In this document: piece by piece, positions 51,385 through 64,000 of the stretch
Position numbering within the stretch: the stretch's first letter is position 1
Layout: every line of letters begins with the position of its first letter
Origin: Octopus sinensis
Taxonomy: Eukaryota
DNA: 64,000 nt
NCBI RefSeq assembly: GCF_006345805.1
Contig: NC_043017.1
Location: forward strand, 28,148,001 to 28,212,000
Reading direction: 5' to 3'
The notes under the pieces: model-generated
The model's input: the letters and a program-made list of their open reading frames with translations, nothing else
The model's database searches: none
Told to the model about the DNA's origin: nothing
Program-made: the position numbers and the translations under genes

Positions 51385-51610
51385 AGAGACGTGGCCAGTG
51401 TCATGTAGATGACACCCGTGAAATTGCGGTTGAGGCACAATGCCGGTATCATTTAAATGGCACTTGTGCAGGTAGCACGTAAACAGCGGTAAATGCACAC
51501 TTCGAGTGTTTGGTGTTGAGAAGGGCGTGCAGCTCACTGGTTAACCAGTTTCTATCAGACTGTCTAACCCATGCCAGCATGGAAAACAAACATTAACTGG
51601 CGATGATAAT
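51385..51610 (+). mobile_element. Diverged SINE 3' part with RTE-like end
   Basis: GGTAGCACGTAAA...TGTTGAGAAGGGCGTGCAGC...CCCATGCCAGCATGGAAAA followed by a (GAT)-like tail. Confidence 0.5.
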
Positions 51611-52102
51611 ATAATTATCATATATATATATATTATATATATTATATATATATATACACACACGCATATATATATGTGCGTGTGTGTGTGTCTCTGTGTA
51701 TGTGTATATTATATATATATGTGTGGGTATGTGTATATATATATGTGCATGTTATATATATAAATGTTATGTCTATGTATGTGTTTATATATGTGTGTAT
51801 ATAATATAATGTGTATATATATATATATATATATTTATAGATATATATATATATGTTATTTCGTTTGGGTTACAAGATTCTTTATTTGAGTTCGTGTGTT
51901 GAAGCATATTCTGTTGTGTCTGAGAAGAGTCATTTTCTTTTTGTGCCTTATAACGTGACATTACTTACCGGTAAAATTTTCACTTTTTCTTATTTTTTTT
52001 TTCCTAAAATTTCCGTTGCGTCTTGCAACCTTTTCAATAGTCTTGACTGTCCATTATTTACACTGCATTCCCTTTTATTTGTTTCTGTGCATGTGTGTAG
52101 GT

Positions 52103-52135
<33 letters not shown>

Positions 52136-52545
52136 TATGCATGCATGGATGTACGTATGTATGTGTATATGTATGTATGTGTGTGTGTATGTATACATGT
52201 GTGTATGCATATGTATATATGTATGTGTGTGCATCTGTATGTATTCTGCATATTCATGTGCTTGCATATCCGTGTTTGTGTATTTTTTATGTATGTGTGT
52301 GTGTGTGAGTTGTGTGTTTGTATGTGTATGCACCTCTGTCTCCTTGTGTGTGCATGTCTGTGTGTGTGTTTTGCAACTAAGAACCATGTTTGTATGGATG
52401 GATATGCATCTCTATATGTGTGGGCACGTGTCTCCAATATGTGTATTGAGCGAAGTAAAGTGAGTGTGTGTGTGTATGTATGGTCATGTGCTACAGTCTC
52501 CATTTGCGTGCTTGTCTGTGTGTATATATATATATATATATATAT

Positions 52546-52791
52546 GTGGAGGCGCAATGGCCCAGTGGTTAGGGCAGCGGACTTGCGGTCGGAGGATCGC
52601 GGTTTCGATTCCCAGACCAGGGGCGTTGTGTGTGTTTATTGAGCGAAAAACACCTAAAAGCTCCACGAGGCTCCGGCAGGAGATGGTGGTGATCCCTGCT
52701 GTACTCTTTCACCACTCTAAAGGCGGTGCTCCAGCATGGCCGCAGTCACAGATGACTGAAACAAGTACAAAAAAAAAAAAAAAAAAAAAAA
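52546..52791 (+). mobile_element. Chimeric SINE: family B head joined to the family A tail, plus poly(A)
   Basis: ...CTGTACTCTTTCACCACTCT-AAAGGCGGTGCTCCAGCATGGCCGCAGTCACAGATGACTGAAAC...A23. Confidence 0.75.
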
Positions 52792-53012
52792 TACACACGC
52801 AACACATCGGGCCTTCACGCAGTTTCCGTCTAAAAATTTAACTTAAAGCTATTGGTCTGAGCGTTGCTATAGTAGAGATCAGTCCCCCAACGTGCTGCGC
52901 CATTTGACCGAACCCTAAACCAGATGATTGCAAAGCGATCATCTTAACCGCACAGCCATACTCACGTCTCTTTATTCAACTCTATTTCTTCACACAATAT
53001 TTTATTTTATTA

Positions 53013-53394
53013 GTGGAGGCGCAATGGCCCAGTGGTTAGGGCAGCGGACTCGCGGTCGTAGGATCGCGGTTTCGAGTCCCAGACCGGGCGTTGTGAGTGT
53101 TTATTGAGCGAAAACACCTAAAAGCTCCACGAGGCTCCGGCAGGGGATGGTGGTGATCCCTGCTGTACTCTTTCGCCACAACTTTATCTTACTTCCTGTT
53201 TCTGTTGTACCTGTATTTCAAAGGGCCAGCCTTGTCACTCTCTGTGTCACGTTGAATATCCCCGAGAACTACGTTAAGGGTACACGTGTCTGTGGAGTGC
53301 TCAGCCACTTACACGTTAATTTCACGAGCAGGCTGTTGCGTTGATCGGATCAACCGGAACCCTCGTCGTCGTAACCGACGGAGTGCTTCCATCC
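53013..53394 (+). mobile_element. SINE family B, tail type 2 (...CGTCGTCGTAACCGACGGAGTGCTTCCATC)
   Basis: Same head as 39222, different ~215-bp tail shared with 60158 and 22770. Confidence 0.86.
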
Positions 53395-54122
53395 ATTTTA
53401 TTTTATTCTGGCTGACAATACAAATATGCAACACAAATTATCTCCCCTTTTTCTGTCTTGTTTTCTAACAGTACACATCTTTCCTGCCACGCTACATTCT
53501 TAAGTCATCCAATCTTATTTTACATTAAACACTTAAATGTACTTTATCATTTCCACATTTTCTTCTGTCTTTCTGATCGCTAGCATTCACTTTCTGTTCA
53601 GCATTGTTTCTTTTCGTTTTTCCATCTGTTTTGCTTCAATTTCTTTCTATTTACAAGTAATTCTTTCTTTCAATTTCATTTACACTTCAAAGGCGGTGAG
53701 AAGGCCGAATCGTTAGCTTTTGATACTAAATGCTTTGTGGTAATTATGTTAAGAGTTCAAACACTATCAATGAAATTTGCCTGCCATCCTCTCGCAGATG
53801 ATAAAATGTGTACCAGTCATACAATGGAGTCGATGTAATAAACTAACCATCTCCCCTAAAGTTGCTGGCTTTCAAACAAATATTGTATTGTCTATCATTC
53901 TGTATGTCTCTATATGTCTCACACCCTCTCTCTCTCTGTCAGTCAGTCAATATAAAAGGCAGCTAGCTGGCAAAAAGTTTGGGAGTTCAAATTCCACCGA
54001 GGTCGAATTTGCCTTTCATTCTTTCGGGCTCATTAAATTAAGTACCAGTTGCGTACTGAGTTTGAACTAATCGACTAGCCCCGTCCCGCTAACATGTCTG
54101 GCCTTGTACCTAGAGTAGAAAA

Positions 54123-55390
54123 TCATATATATATATATATATATATATATGTTTATATACATATACATACATATACATACATACATATATTATATATATG
54201 TTTATATACATATACATACATACATATATTATATATATATGTTTATATACATATACATACATACATATATTATATATATATGTTTATATACATATACATA
54301 CATACATATATTATATATATATGTTTATATACATATACATACATACATATATTATATATATATGTTTATATACATATATACATATATTATATATATGTTT
54401 ATATACATATATACATATATTATATATATGTTTATATACATATACATACATATATATACATACATATATTATATATATGTTTATATACATATACATACAT
54501 ATATATACATACATATATTATATATATGTTTATATACATATACATACATATATATACATACATATATTATATATATATGTTTATATACATATACATACAT
54601 ATACATACATATATATACATACATATATTATATATATATGTTTATATACATATACATACATATACATACATATATATACATACATATATTATATATATAT
54701 GTTTATATACATATACATACATATACATACATATATATACATACATATATTATATATATATGTTTATATACATATACATACATATACATACATATATATA
54801 CATACATATATTATATATATATGTTTATATACATATACATACATATACATACATATATATACATACTATTTATATATATATATGTTTATATACATATACA
54901 TACATATACATACATATATATACATATATGTTTATATACATATACATACATATACATACATATATATACATACATATATTATATATATATGTTTATATAC
55001 ATATACATACATATACATACATATATATACATACATATATTATATATATATGTTTATATACATATACATACATATACATACATATATTATATATATGTGT
55101 TTATATACATATACATACATATACATACATATATACATACATATATTATATATATATGTTTATATACATATACATACATATACATACATATATTATATAT
55201 ATGTGTTTATATACATATACATACATATACATACATATATTATATATATGTGTTTATATACATATACATACATATACATACATATATTATATATATGTGT
55301 TTATATACATATACATACATATACATACATATATATACATACATATATTATATTATATATATATACATGTATGTGTATATACATATATAC
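54123..55390. repeat. 1.27-kb TA/CATA-based minisatellite; roughly two dozen variable-length units anchored on TGTTTATATACATATAC
   Basis: Direct inspection. Confidence 0.95.
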
Positions 55391-55792
55391 TTGTGAGTTA
55401 TCAGAGGTTATGAAGATTAGTTACGGTTCAGTTCAATCCATTGTCACTGAACATTTTGGTATGAGACGCGTGTCTGTTAAGTTTGTGCCAAAACTGCTTT
55501 CAGCTGACCATAAGATATTTGGATTTCAGCTTCACAAGATCTCCTTCATTATGACGAGAACGAGGAAGCAGTTTTGAAAACTTTGCGTAGGTCTCTGAGC
55601 AGGTATAACCAAACTTTGTGCAAAATTTGATGCAGATCATGTCAACTCCACTTATGATTGTCAATGCGACGATCACATGCTACACAATTTCCTTCCAAGC
55701 ACTGTAAAGAGCTAAAGTAAGTGTCTTCACTCTGATGTGCCTTAGCTTTATTATTACACCAAAAATCCGGATACTTATTGATCAGACTAGTA
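55391..55792 (+). mobile_element. Internally deleted mariner relic
   Basis: [40 protein letters not shown] (mariner WVP/FVP linker). 3' TIR CCGGATACTTATTGATCAGACTAG followed by TA. Confidence 0.8.
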
Positions 55793-56001
55793 CTCATATG
55801 AGGGAGTAATACACGGTCTTAAGCACGGTTACTATGTAATAGTGCTCCTATGTAACAACACGTAATTGAGAACATTTATTGGTACACAAAGATATAGCTT
55901 GATAATATTTAATAGTAATATATGCTAATAGAATTTAATATATGCTAATATATTATTATGTTTACTAATTCCACCATTTTTTTCTACCCTTGTCATTGTA
56001 G

Positions 56002-56154
56002 TACGAAGCTGCCCTTATGTTTGACGCCGTCTACCTCTTCGCCAAAGGTCTTGAAGATATGGCAAAACAATCAACAATTCCTTTAACAAACCTGACTTGT
56101 GACTCAAATACTAAATGGATAACTGGCGCTATGTTGTATACCTACCTTAACACG
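56002..56154 (+). CDS. Next iGluR ATD exon: [51 protein letters not shown]
   Basis: Acceptor cattgtag|TAC and donor ACG|gtaagt. 153 nt, phase 0-0. EAALMFDAV plus downstream Cys...W-x-x-G matches the kainate/AMPA ATD pattern (TEAALMYDAV...LQC...W). Confidence 0.92.
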
Positions 56155-56207
56155 GTAAGTAAATACATTGTTTCTTCAGAATTTCATTCATATGTCCATT
56201 GTATGTG

Positions 56208-56245
<38 letters not shown>

Positions 56246-56602
56246 TATATACATGTGTGTGTGTGTATAAATACATACATATATATATATATGTATGTAT
56301 GTATGTATATATATATGTATATCTATATATGTATATATGTATATCTATATATGTATATATGTATGTATAGGTATATGTATATATAAGTATATGTTTATGT
56401 ATATATAAGTATATCTATGTGTATATAAGTATATCTATATGTATAATATATGTATCTATGTGTATATATATGTATGTATGTGTATATATATATTGTATGT
56501 TATGTATATATATATGTATGTATAGTATATATATATATATATGTATGTATATATATATATATATATGTATGTATATAATATATTATATAATATATATGTA
56601 TG

Positions 56603-56634
<32 letters not shown>

Positions 56635-56678
56635 ATATATATAGTTATATATATTATATATATATATATATATGTACG

Positions 56679-56751
<73 letters not shown>

Positions 56752-56794
56752 ATGTATGTATATATCTATATATATATATGTATGTATATGTATG

Positions 56795-56844
<50 letters not shown>

Positions 56845-57048
56845 ATGTATATATATGTATATATATGTATATATATATGTATGTATATATATGTATATAT
56901 ATGTATATATATATGTATGTATATATATGTATATATATGTATGTATATATGTAATGTTGTAGATGGTCTTTAAGTGGTAAATTACTTATTTTAGTCTAGT
57001 CATACGTTCAGTAGACTTCAAGAATGTTGCTCATTTCCTTATCTTGGA

Positions 57049-57534
57049 GAAATTGACGAACCTGTTGATATGACTGGTGTGTCCTGGAGCTCCTGCTAAC
57101 GTATTGTGTGCGAGGAATTGCGAGTAAAGAGTTCCAGTAAAATTTGTGCCTCGCTTGCTCACGGCATGTCAAAAGCAGTCACGGCTGAACGCGTGTCGTG
57201 AACCGAAAGAACAGTCGGAAATTAATCCAGATTTTTTTTTCGGAGGTCATTACTGGTGACGAAAGCTGGTGCTATGCAGATGTAGAAAAGGTAAAGAAAA
57301 AACAGACGGAGTCTATGCAGATGTAGAACAGGTGAAGAAAGAAAAGACAGAGGCATTAAAAGTTATGACTCCACAATAGTTCCAGCAGTGCTACGAACAG
57401 TGTAAAATCACTTTTGGACCGATTCATTGCTTCAAATGGAGAATATTTTAAAAGCAATAAAAGTGTAAACATGTAAACCTAAATGAATATAGTAACATTG
57501 CCAAATTCCGATTTCTTTCGGGTACCCCCTCGTA
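57049..57534 (+). mobile_element. Internally deleted mariner relic (second family)
   Basis: GVSWSSC*RIVCEELR...KFVPRLL...NPDFFSEVITGDESWCY, then ADVE.VKK...FQQCYEQ...IASNGEYF. 3' TIR ...TTCGGGTACCCCCTCG|TA. Short duplication at the deletion junction (~57272-57355). Confidence 0.85.
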
Positions 57535-60157
57535 TATAGGTAGCTGTATCATCGCATTACATTATTTTGGTTAAAGCCAGCTAGAATAGAACGAATGAAA
57601 CACGAATACAATATATATTGCTTCACTTTGTTTAGTTAATTTATCTCAATAAAATCAAATATAAGTCTTTCTGAATATGCTTCGATTCTCATATCAAAGT
57701 ACTTTCATTATTGTTAAATGTAAGGATTCAGATATATCGAATGATGGCTATAATCCATGAAGCTCTTTCTGTTTTGCTCATATCAGAGGCGTTTGTAAAA
57801 TTAGCTTGGTTAATGTTTCGTTTGAACTCTTAAGGGTTAATAATTGGCTAAAATCCATGAATGGTAGAGAAACCATTTTGAAATGGCGAAGCTCTCTTTT
57901 ATATTTTCCTCGAATTTAATTTAAAATGGATATCGTGTTGTATGTGTGTGCGTTGTATTTTCTTTTCTGTGAACGTGAAGGACAAGGTTGGGATTTTGTC
58001 TGAAAAAATTATTTCAAGTAAAAAATAAACTAAAACAAAATATAATGAAATGATAATGACTGCTTTGATGGTTTGTTTAATTGGCTACTTCTAACGACTG
58101 ACCTTTCATATAAACAAATTCAAGTTGAAAATAATTGCAATACACCAAAAGAGAGTAAAAAACACAAACCAAAAAAAAAGAAACATATAGAAAGCAAACA
58201 AAAAAATTAGAGTCAATTACTCCAACTAATAATACAAGTATTAATGATGATGATGATTATAATATTAATTGTAACACTAAAAACATCAACAATATCAAAA
58301 AATGATTATGATAATAATAATAGTAGTAGTAGTAATAATAATGATAATAATAATGATAATAATAATAATAATAATAATAATAATCTAGACAGCTTTTAAT
58401 GTTTCCTGTAGTGAATGAAGTTTGATTTTTTTTTTCACCAATATTGAAGCCGTTTTCCCTTTGAATAGTGAATATTTCTTTTTGTTTTAGTATTATTATT
58501 ATTATTATCATTATTATCATTATTATTTTTACTAAATATCTAATTCTAGTAGAAGGTCATCCATGTCATCCGCCATAAAATATTAATGAATTATATTCTT
58601 ATTACAGATATTTTATACGTCAGACATTTTTATATTACATTAAATTTGCTGTCAGAATGAGGGATTTTTGCTATTCTTATATCCATTTCACGTACTGAAT
58701 TTGTGACGCTCTAAGGGGAAATTACATAATCAAACATTAATAATTATATCTTTGATCTCACACCGTTTGGTTTTAAAATGAAAAAAAAAAGGAAAGAATG
58801 CCCAACGAATATTCTCTATATTAATAATAAATACATACTTTCATCATCCATAATTGCATTATAATAAAATCAAAAACAAAAAGCTGATAAAATTTGGGTA
58901 AATAGAGTATGCAAGCTTTAGATAAATGTTATAATGCAGCTGAGTAGAAATGTAATTTAAATTTCCTTTGACATATAGTGAGCAATATAAAGAATGATTT
59001 AGGTATATTAAATGGAAATTCGTGGATATTTATATTCAGTTTCACTAAAAATAATTGAATATATAAAATATACAAATATAAGAAAAAAAACAAAACAGAT
59101 GCATCTCTAGGGGAATATCAAATAGTGTATGGCAGAAATATTTGAGTATAATTTTTATTGAACTTCATACGTATGCCTTATAATTTGTCAGGATAATACT
59201 TCAAATATATCAAAATTATCCTGTAGATAGAAGCGAAAACCTCAAATTCAACTTCTGTAGATCATCATTTTGAGATTAACGCAGCAACTGGCGTGGTCTA
59301 TTAAATTTCTTTCTAATGATATCGGTTATATTGATCTTAGCAATTATGCGATTGCAGAACTGATGTATTAATCTGCCGCCAATTATATTTCGTCATACAG
59401 TTTTCCGATTGCTGGTTCGAATTGGCACCGGAATCCCGAAGTTGTTTGATGGATACGTGATTATATCGACATCTTCTTTTCAAAAAAAAAAAAAAAAAAA
59501 CTGAAACGCTTAAATACTTGATGCTTAAAATTTCGTTGACTTCTTTGACATTCCTGCCAACCAGAGGTTCCCGAAAATGTTCGGGCTGCCGTCCCCTTGG
59601 TCCGCAGGTCATATTCATTGCGTCCCCCACCACCACTCCCCACCAAAAAACTTGACCAACTATATTTCGCAAATGAAACTTAATCTAATTAAACCATTAT
59701 TTTGTTATTTATACACCTATCCACCACTTTGGGCCACCCCATAATGATCCCCTTTTCTTTAACGCACCCCTCCCTAGATCTTCCCACCAGTTCTACCCTC
59801 TTTGTGGGCCCAAATCAGTATTAAATACTCTACTGTGTTTATATCACGTTTCTAAGATCTTTGATTCTCCACCGACAAGTTTGAATTGTCTGTTTTTTTC
59901 TATAATGGACAAGATTTAATTACTAACCTTCGTCATTTTTAAAATTCAAATTGTAGTAGTCTTAATCAGATACACATGGAAAATCAACTGGAAAGTCTAA
60001 TGGGTCTCTATGGCTGTCACAAACATCACGAACTTCCTAAATAGTTACTGCATAATTCAAATATGTAATAATTCTACATTTCATTGGCTGTTTTAATACA
60101 AGGGTATAACATATCGCGCACATATTTTTGTAAGTTATTATAAAATCCTTCAATAAT

Positions 60158-60525
60158 TGTGATGGAAGCACTCCGTCGGTTACGACGACGAGGGTTCCGG
60201 TTGATCCGAATCAACGGAACAGCCTGCTCGTGAAATTAACGTGTAAGTGGCTGAGCACTCCACAGACACGTGCACCCTTAACGTAGTTCTCGGGGATTCA
60301 GCGTGACACAGAGAGTGACAAGGTACAACAGAAACAGGAAGTAAGAGTGAGAGAAAGTTGTGGTGAAAGAGTACAGCAGGGATCACCTCCATCCCCTGCC
60401 GGAGATCGTGGAGGTTTAGGTGTTTTCGCTCAATAAACACTCACAACGCCCGGTCTGGGAATCGAAACCGCGATCCTATGACCGTGAGTCCGCTGCCCTA
60501 ACCACTGGGCCATTGCGCCTCCACC
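60158..60525 (-). mobile_element. SINE family B, tail type 2
   Basis: Reverse complement of 53013-53394 with a small deletion. Confidence 0.86.
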
Positions 60526-61117
60526 TTAAATAATTGTAAATATACGTGTTATATTCATGATATTAGCATCAATAGAATTAACTTAATTTACATGGCTCAA
60601 GGAGCATATTCCTGCGCCATTGAGACGAGTGTGTCGACTTTCGGGAGTTAGGTGCTCAAGTTAGATTATACATGTACAGATCGGTGTTTCTAGGTTTAAA
60701 GTGTGAAGAAAGGGAATGGAACATACGTACAGGGCTGAGAAAGATAAATATATAACTGGAAATGTATAGATTTTACTAATTTTGTTCTCTCACTACATTA
60801 AGGATATTGTGTATAATCAAAGTACATAAGTTTAAGAAATGCTGTATTACTTCTGACACGGATATGGTCCAGTATTGAGTTTCACGAAGAAAATTAAGAA
60901 CGTTACATCCGTTACCCTACCACATGATTCATCCTACGTACGAAAACAAAACATTATTAGTATTCATTTTTATTATGACTCATTTGCCTTCAGTTTATTT
61001 TATAACAAAATTCAATTACTTGACTAAAAGATTAAGTTGGGAAAAATGATTCTATAGTTACTTGTCTTCTTGAGACATGTTTTAATGTATTATGTTTTTT
61101 TTTTGTGTTCAATTTAG

Positions 61118-61219
61118 GTTCAGATGCGTGGTCTGTCAGGAAATATAAAGTTAACGAACGGTCGACGAATGGACTTTTCCTTGGATATACTGCAGCTAAA
61201 GGAATCTGGACTACGTAAA
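61118..61219 (+). CDS. Third iGluR ATD exon: VQMRGLSGNIKLTNGRRMDFSLDILQLKESGLRK
   Basis: Polypyrimidine tract with tttag|GTT acceptor and AAA|gtaagt donor. 102 nt, phase 0-0. GLSG-x-I...G-x-R-x-DF-x-LDI-x-x-LKE matches the end of the GluK ATD (GLTGRITF..GLRKDFDLDIISLKEEG). Confidence 0.92.
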
Positions 61220-61266
61220 GTAAGTAAACAGCAAAAAATGCCATTCACTCTTCGTTTCATTCAGAT

Positions 61267-61470
61267 ACTCTTTTTCTTGTTTCAATCATTTAACTGTGGC
61301 CATGCTGGAGCACTGCCTTTAGTCGAGCAAATCGACTCCAGAACTTATTCTTTGTAAGCTTAGTACTTATTCTATCGGGCTCTTTTGCCGAACCGCTAAG
61401 TTACGGGGACGTAAACACACCAGCATCAGTTGTCAAGCGACGTTGGGGGAGGGGACAAACACCGACACAC
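61267..61470 (-). mobile_element. SINE family A, tail half, 48 bp downstream of exon 3
   Basis: Reverse complement of the tail module. Confidence 0.82.
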
Positions 61471-61487
61471 ACAAATATATATATATA

Positions 61488-61533
<46 letters not shown>

Positions 61534-61537
<4 letters not shown>

Positions 61538-62506
61538 GTAAAAAATAAATACAGACATGGACAAGAACATGAAACACCAAAGAGACGACACAAGAACCAC
61601 AGACGGGACATTCGAAGCCCTCAGTCATCAGTCAAGAACCAGATCATCTTCGCAATATCGGCTGATTAATCTTGAGATTGCTCCGATCTGGGCAGCCCGC
61701 CAAGGGAATAAGCAAGCGCTTAGGTCCCCTGGAAGAAAGCTTCGAATGTATACAACACGGGACGGAAAACGAACGAAGTACACGAACAAAAATACAGAAT
61801 ACGTGACACCAATAAGAATACAAAAACGTAAAAACAATAACGGTAAAGATAAAAAACAAAACAAAACAGGACGTAGGACAGGGTCTTTCGACAGGACGAG
61901 TTGAGTTTGGGGCTGGCTTATGAAGTTGTACCTAATGGCCGCAGGGGGACGAAACAAATACGTGTTGCTTCGACGACTGCTGGAACGAAAAGGGCGCTCA
62001 GCAGCGGCTAGCGGTCACGTGAGAACAAAAGACAGGAGAAAGGGACAGATGAAAAGAGAGAGAAGGTGGACGAGGGAGGAGAAGAAAGAGGACAGATCGA
62101 GGGACTGGAGAGTGAGAGAGATAGAGAAAGTAGAAGGGGGGGACGGATGGAGAGGAAAGAAAGGAAGGGGAATAAGGGAGGAGAAAGAGACAGATCAAGA
62201 GTCGTATCAATGCTAGAGAAAAAATATACTTATCGTATAAGGACAATGTGGATACGTAGCCGCCGATTATATATGTCAACAGTAAAAAATAAATACAGAC
62301 ATGGACAAGAGCATGAAACACCAAAGAGACGACACAAGAACCACAGACGGGACATTCGAAGCCCTCAGTCATCAGTCAAGAACCAGATCATCTCGCAAAT
62401 TCGGCTGATTAATCTTGAGATTGCTCCGATCTGGGCAGCCCGCCAAGGGAATCTAAGCCAAGCGCATTAGGTCCCCTGGAAGAAAGCTTCGAATGTATAC
62501 AACACG
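61534..62506 (-). mobile_element. Unclassified element with two ~228-bp direct repeats (61534-61759, 62278-62506) around a ~520-bp core; PLE-like tandem pLTR suspected
   Basis: Near-identical repeats seen directly. A diverged single copy lies at 36102-36212 on +. Confidence 0.6.
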
Positions 62507-62595
62507 AATGTATAATACCCTTCAGTTCATTTGGTTTTGTCGATTCAATCATTAAACGACTTTGATTGACATATCTAACTGCTATATGTCTTTAC

Positions 62596-63000
62596 GGCGC
62601 AGGAGTGGCTGTGTGGTTAGTAGCTTGCTTACGAACCACATGGTTCCGGGTTCAGTCCCATTGGCTGGCACCTTGGGCAAGTGTCTTCTATTATAGCCTC
62701 GGGCCGACCAAAGATTGTGTGTGGATTTGGTAGACGGAAACTGAAAGAAGCCCGTCTTATATATGTATATATATGTGTATATGTATGTATATATGTTTGT
62801 GTGTCTGTGTTTATCCCCCCAACATTGCTTGACAACCAATGCTGGTGTGTTTACGTCCCCGTACCTAGCGGTTCGGTAAAAGTGACCGATAGAATAAATA
62901 CTGGGCTTAATAAGTCCTGGGGTCGATTTGCTCGACTAAAAGGCGGTGCTCCAGCATGGCCACAGTGAAATGACTGAAACAAGTAAAAGAGTAAAAGAGA
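62596..63000 (+). mobile_element. SINE family A, full length
   Basis: Matches 4482-4900. Confidence 0.88.
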
Positions 63001-63735
63001 GTACTGTGTCATTGGATTTTGTTCTTGTTGTCGTAATAGTATTTTTGATGCAGATTAGCCTCAGAGCAACTCGAAACTCTGAGTGGCAGTTCATTTTAGA
63101 TATGTCTGAGATGTTTTTACAGCTTTAATATCAAAGTATATAATATATATTGCATACATACACAATATCCAGCGTGTATACTCAATAGTCAGTACGTTTT
63201 GTTTGAGGTATATTTAACTGATATTTCTAGTAACTCGTTCCACACAGTAGAGCCTTACTTATTGGCTGATAATATAACTAATTGAAGTAAGAGGTCTTTA
63301 TTTGCTTTCTCATTACTTGAACAAATAATTGGCAATGATTTTAACACAGTATATGATATATTAAGAGTAAATTAAATGTGAACACACTCCTCATAAATTC
63401 ATGTTTATGTTCGCTCAAGTTTTAAGTCTTTGAAACGCATGAATCACTGTTCATTGAAGTTGACATTTTTTACATCTACTTTGCAATATAAATTATCTGA
63501 GAATATTACGGCCACATCATTCATAGCACAGTAATACAGAAGCCAGGAATGTCTGGTTAAAGCACTCGGTCTGCCATTTCTTGGTGCGGTTCGAAATATT
63601 CAACACGTGACGTTGAACTTTCGACAAGTAATTAAGTATTTTCTACGATAGGCGCACACTGGGGGATAGAATATATATTCGCAAGAGAATTTAATTAACA
63701 GAAATGCTACAAAATCTATATGCATGCAAATGGCG

Positions 63736-63835
63736 NNNNNNNNNNNNNNNNNNNNNNNNNNNNNNNNNNNNNNNNNNNNNNNNNNNNNNNNNNNNNNNNN
63801 NNNNNNNNNNNNNNNNNNNNNNNNNNNNNNNNNNN
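63736..63835. other. Assembly gap (100 N)
   Basis: Run of N. Confidence 1.
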
Positions 63836-64000
63836 GAATACAGCTGAAGCTATGATATACTAAATAGATTCAAATATTAGCAACACCCTGTAAATTTGGT
63901 GTTTAATAAAGCTACTGCAGATTGTGTACGTCTGATGTGGATAAATTTGAATGGCTTCAGACGAGAAGGAATTGAGCAGCGTCAGAATTCCAAACTGTCT

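Larger units (their letters stand above)
20329..56001 (+). other. 35,673-bp GT-AG intron of the iGluR gene
   Basis: Bounded by gtaagt and tgtag. The flanking exons join as ...KSGSMS|YEAALM..., which is contiguous in GluK homologues. Confidence 0.82.
56155..61117 (+). other. 4,963-bp GT-AG intron of the iGluR gene
   Basis: gtaagt...tttag, in-frame join YLNT|VQMRG. Confidence 0.88.

Noticed and set aside
54094-55577. 400+ aa Y/I/H/T-rich ORFs, and the many similar ORFs across the window
   Set aside because: They are translations of (TA)/(CA)/(CATA) microsatellites that lack stop codons by composition. No splice or homology support.
61530-62506. Classical LTR retrotransposon or TRIM
   Set aside because: The repeats begin with TG, but no tRNA primer-binding site, adjacent polypurine tract or TSD is evident in either orientation. 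Left unclassified.
63053-63128. Candidate next iGluR exon after ttgatgcag (ISLRATRNSEWQF...)
   Set aside because: It does not resemble the expected (I/V)G-x-W continuation and runs into a stop without a clear donor.

Overview
AT-rich, repeat-saturated eukaryotic DNA. The SINE and microsatellite landscape looks like an octopod cephalopod (Octopus sp.; inference). The only host coding sequence I can support is three phase-0 exons on + (20161-20328, 56002-56154, 61118-61219). They splice into a continuous amino-terminal-domain segment of a kainate-type ionotropic glutamate receptor, with a 35.7-kb and a 5.0-kb intron. No other exon of this gene was recognised, so the rest of the window is probably intronic. 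The introns hold several tRNA-headed SINE families (working names A, B, C), a CR1/L2-group LINE 3' end, non-autonomous Helitrons plus a decayed RepHel relic, Tc1/mariner relics and MITEs, and many micro/minisatellites. Almost all ORFs in the supplied track are microsatellite artefacts. The most striking signal is about a dozen type I hammerhead-ribozyme-like motifs from at least five unrelated short element families (working names D, E, F, plus two single elements). They have self-complementary helix III, sit next to (TA)n, and several carry an inverted partial copy of themselves, which is a Penelope-like pseudo-LTR architecture. All structures were read by eye. No folding, alignment or database search was run, repeat boundaries are approximate, and family letters are my own labels.
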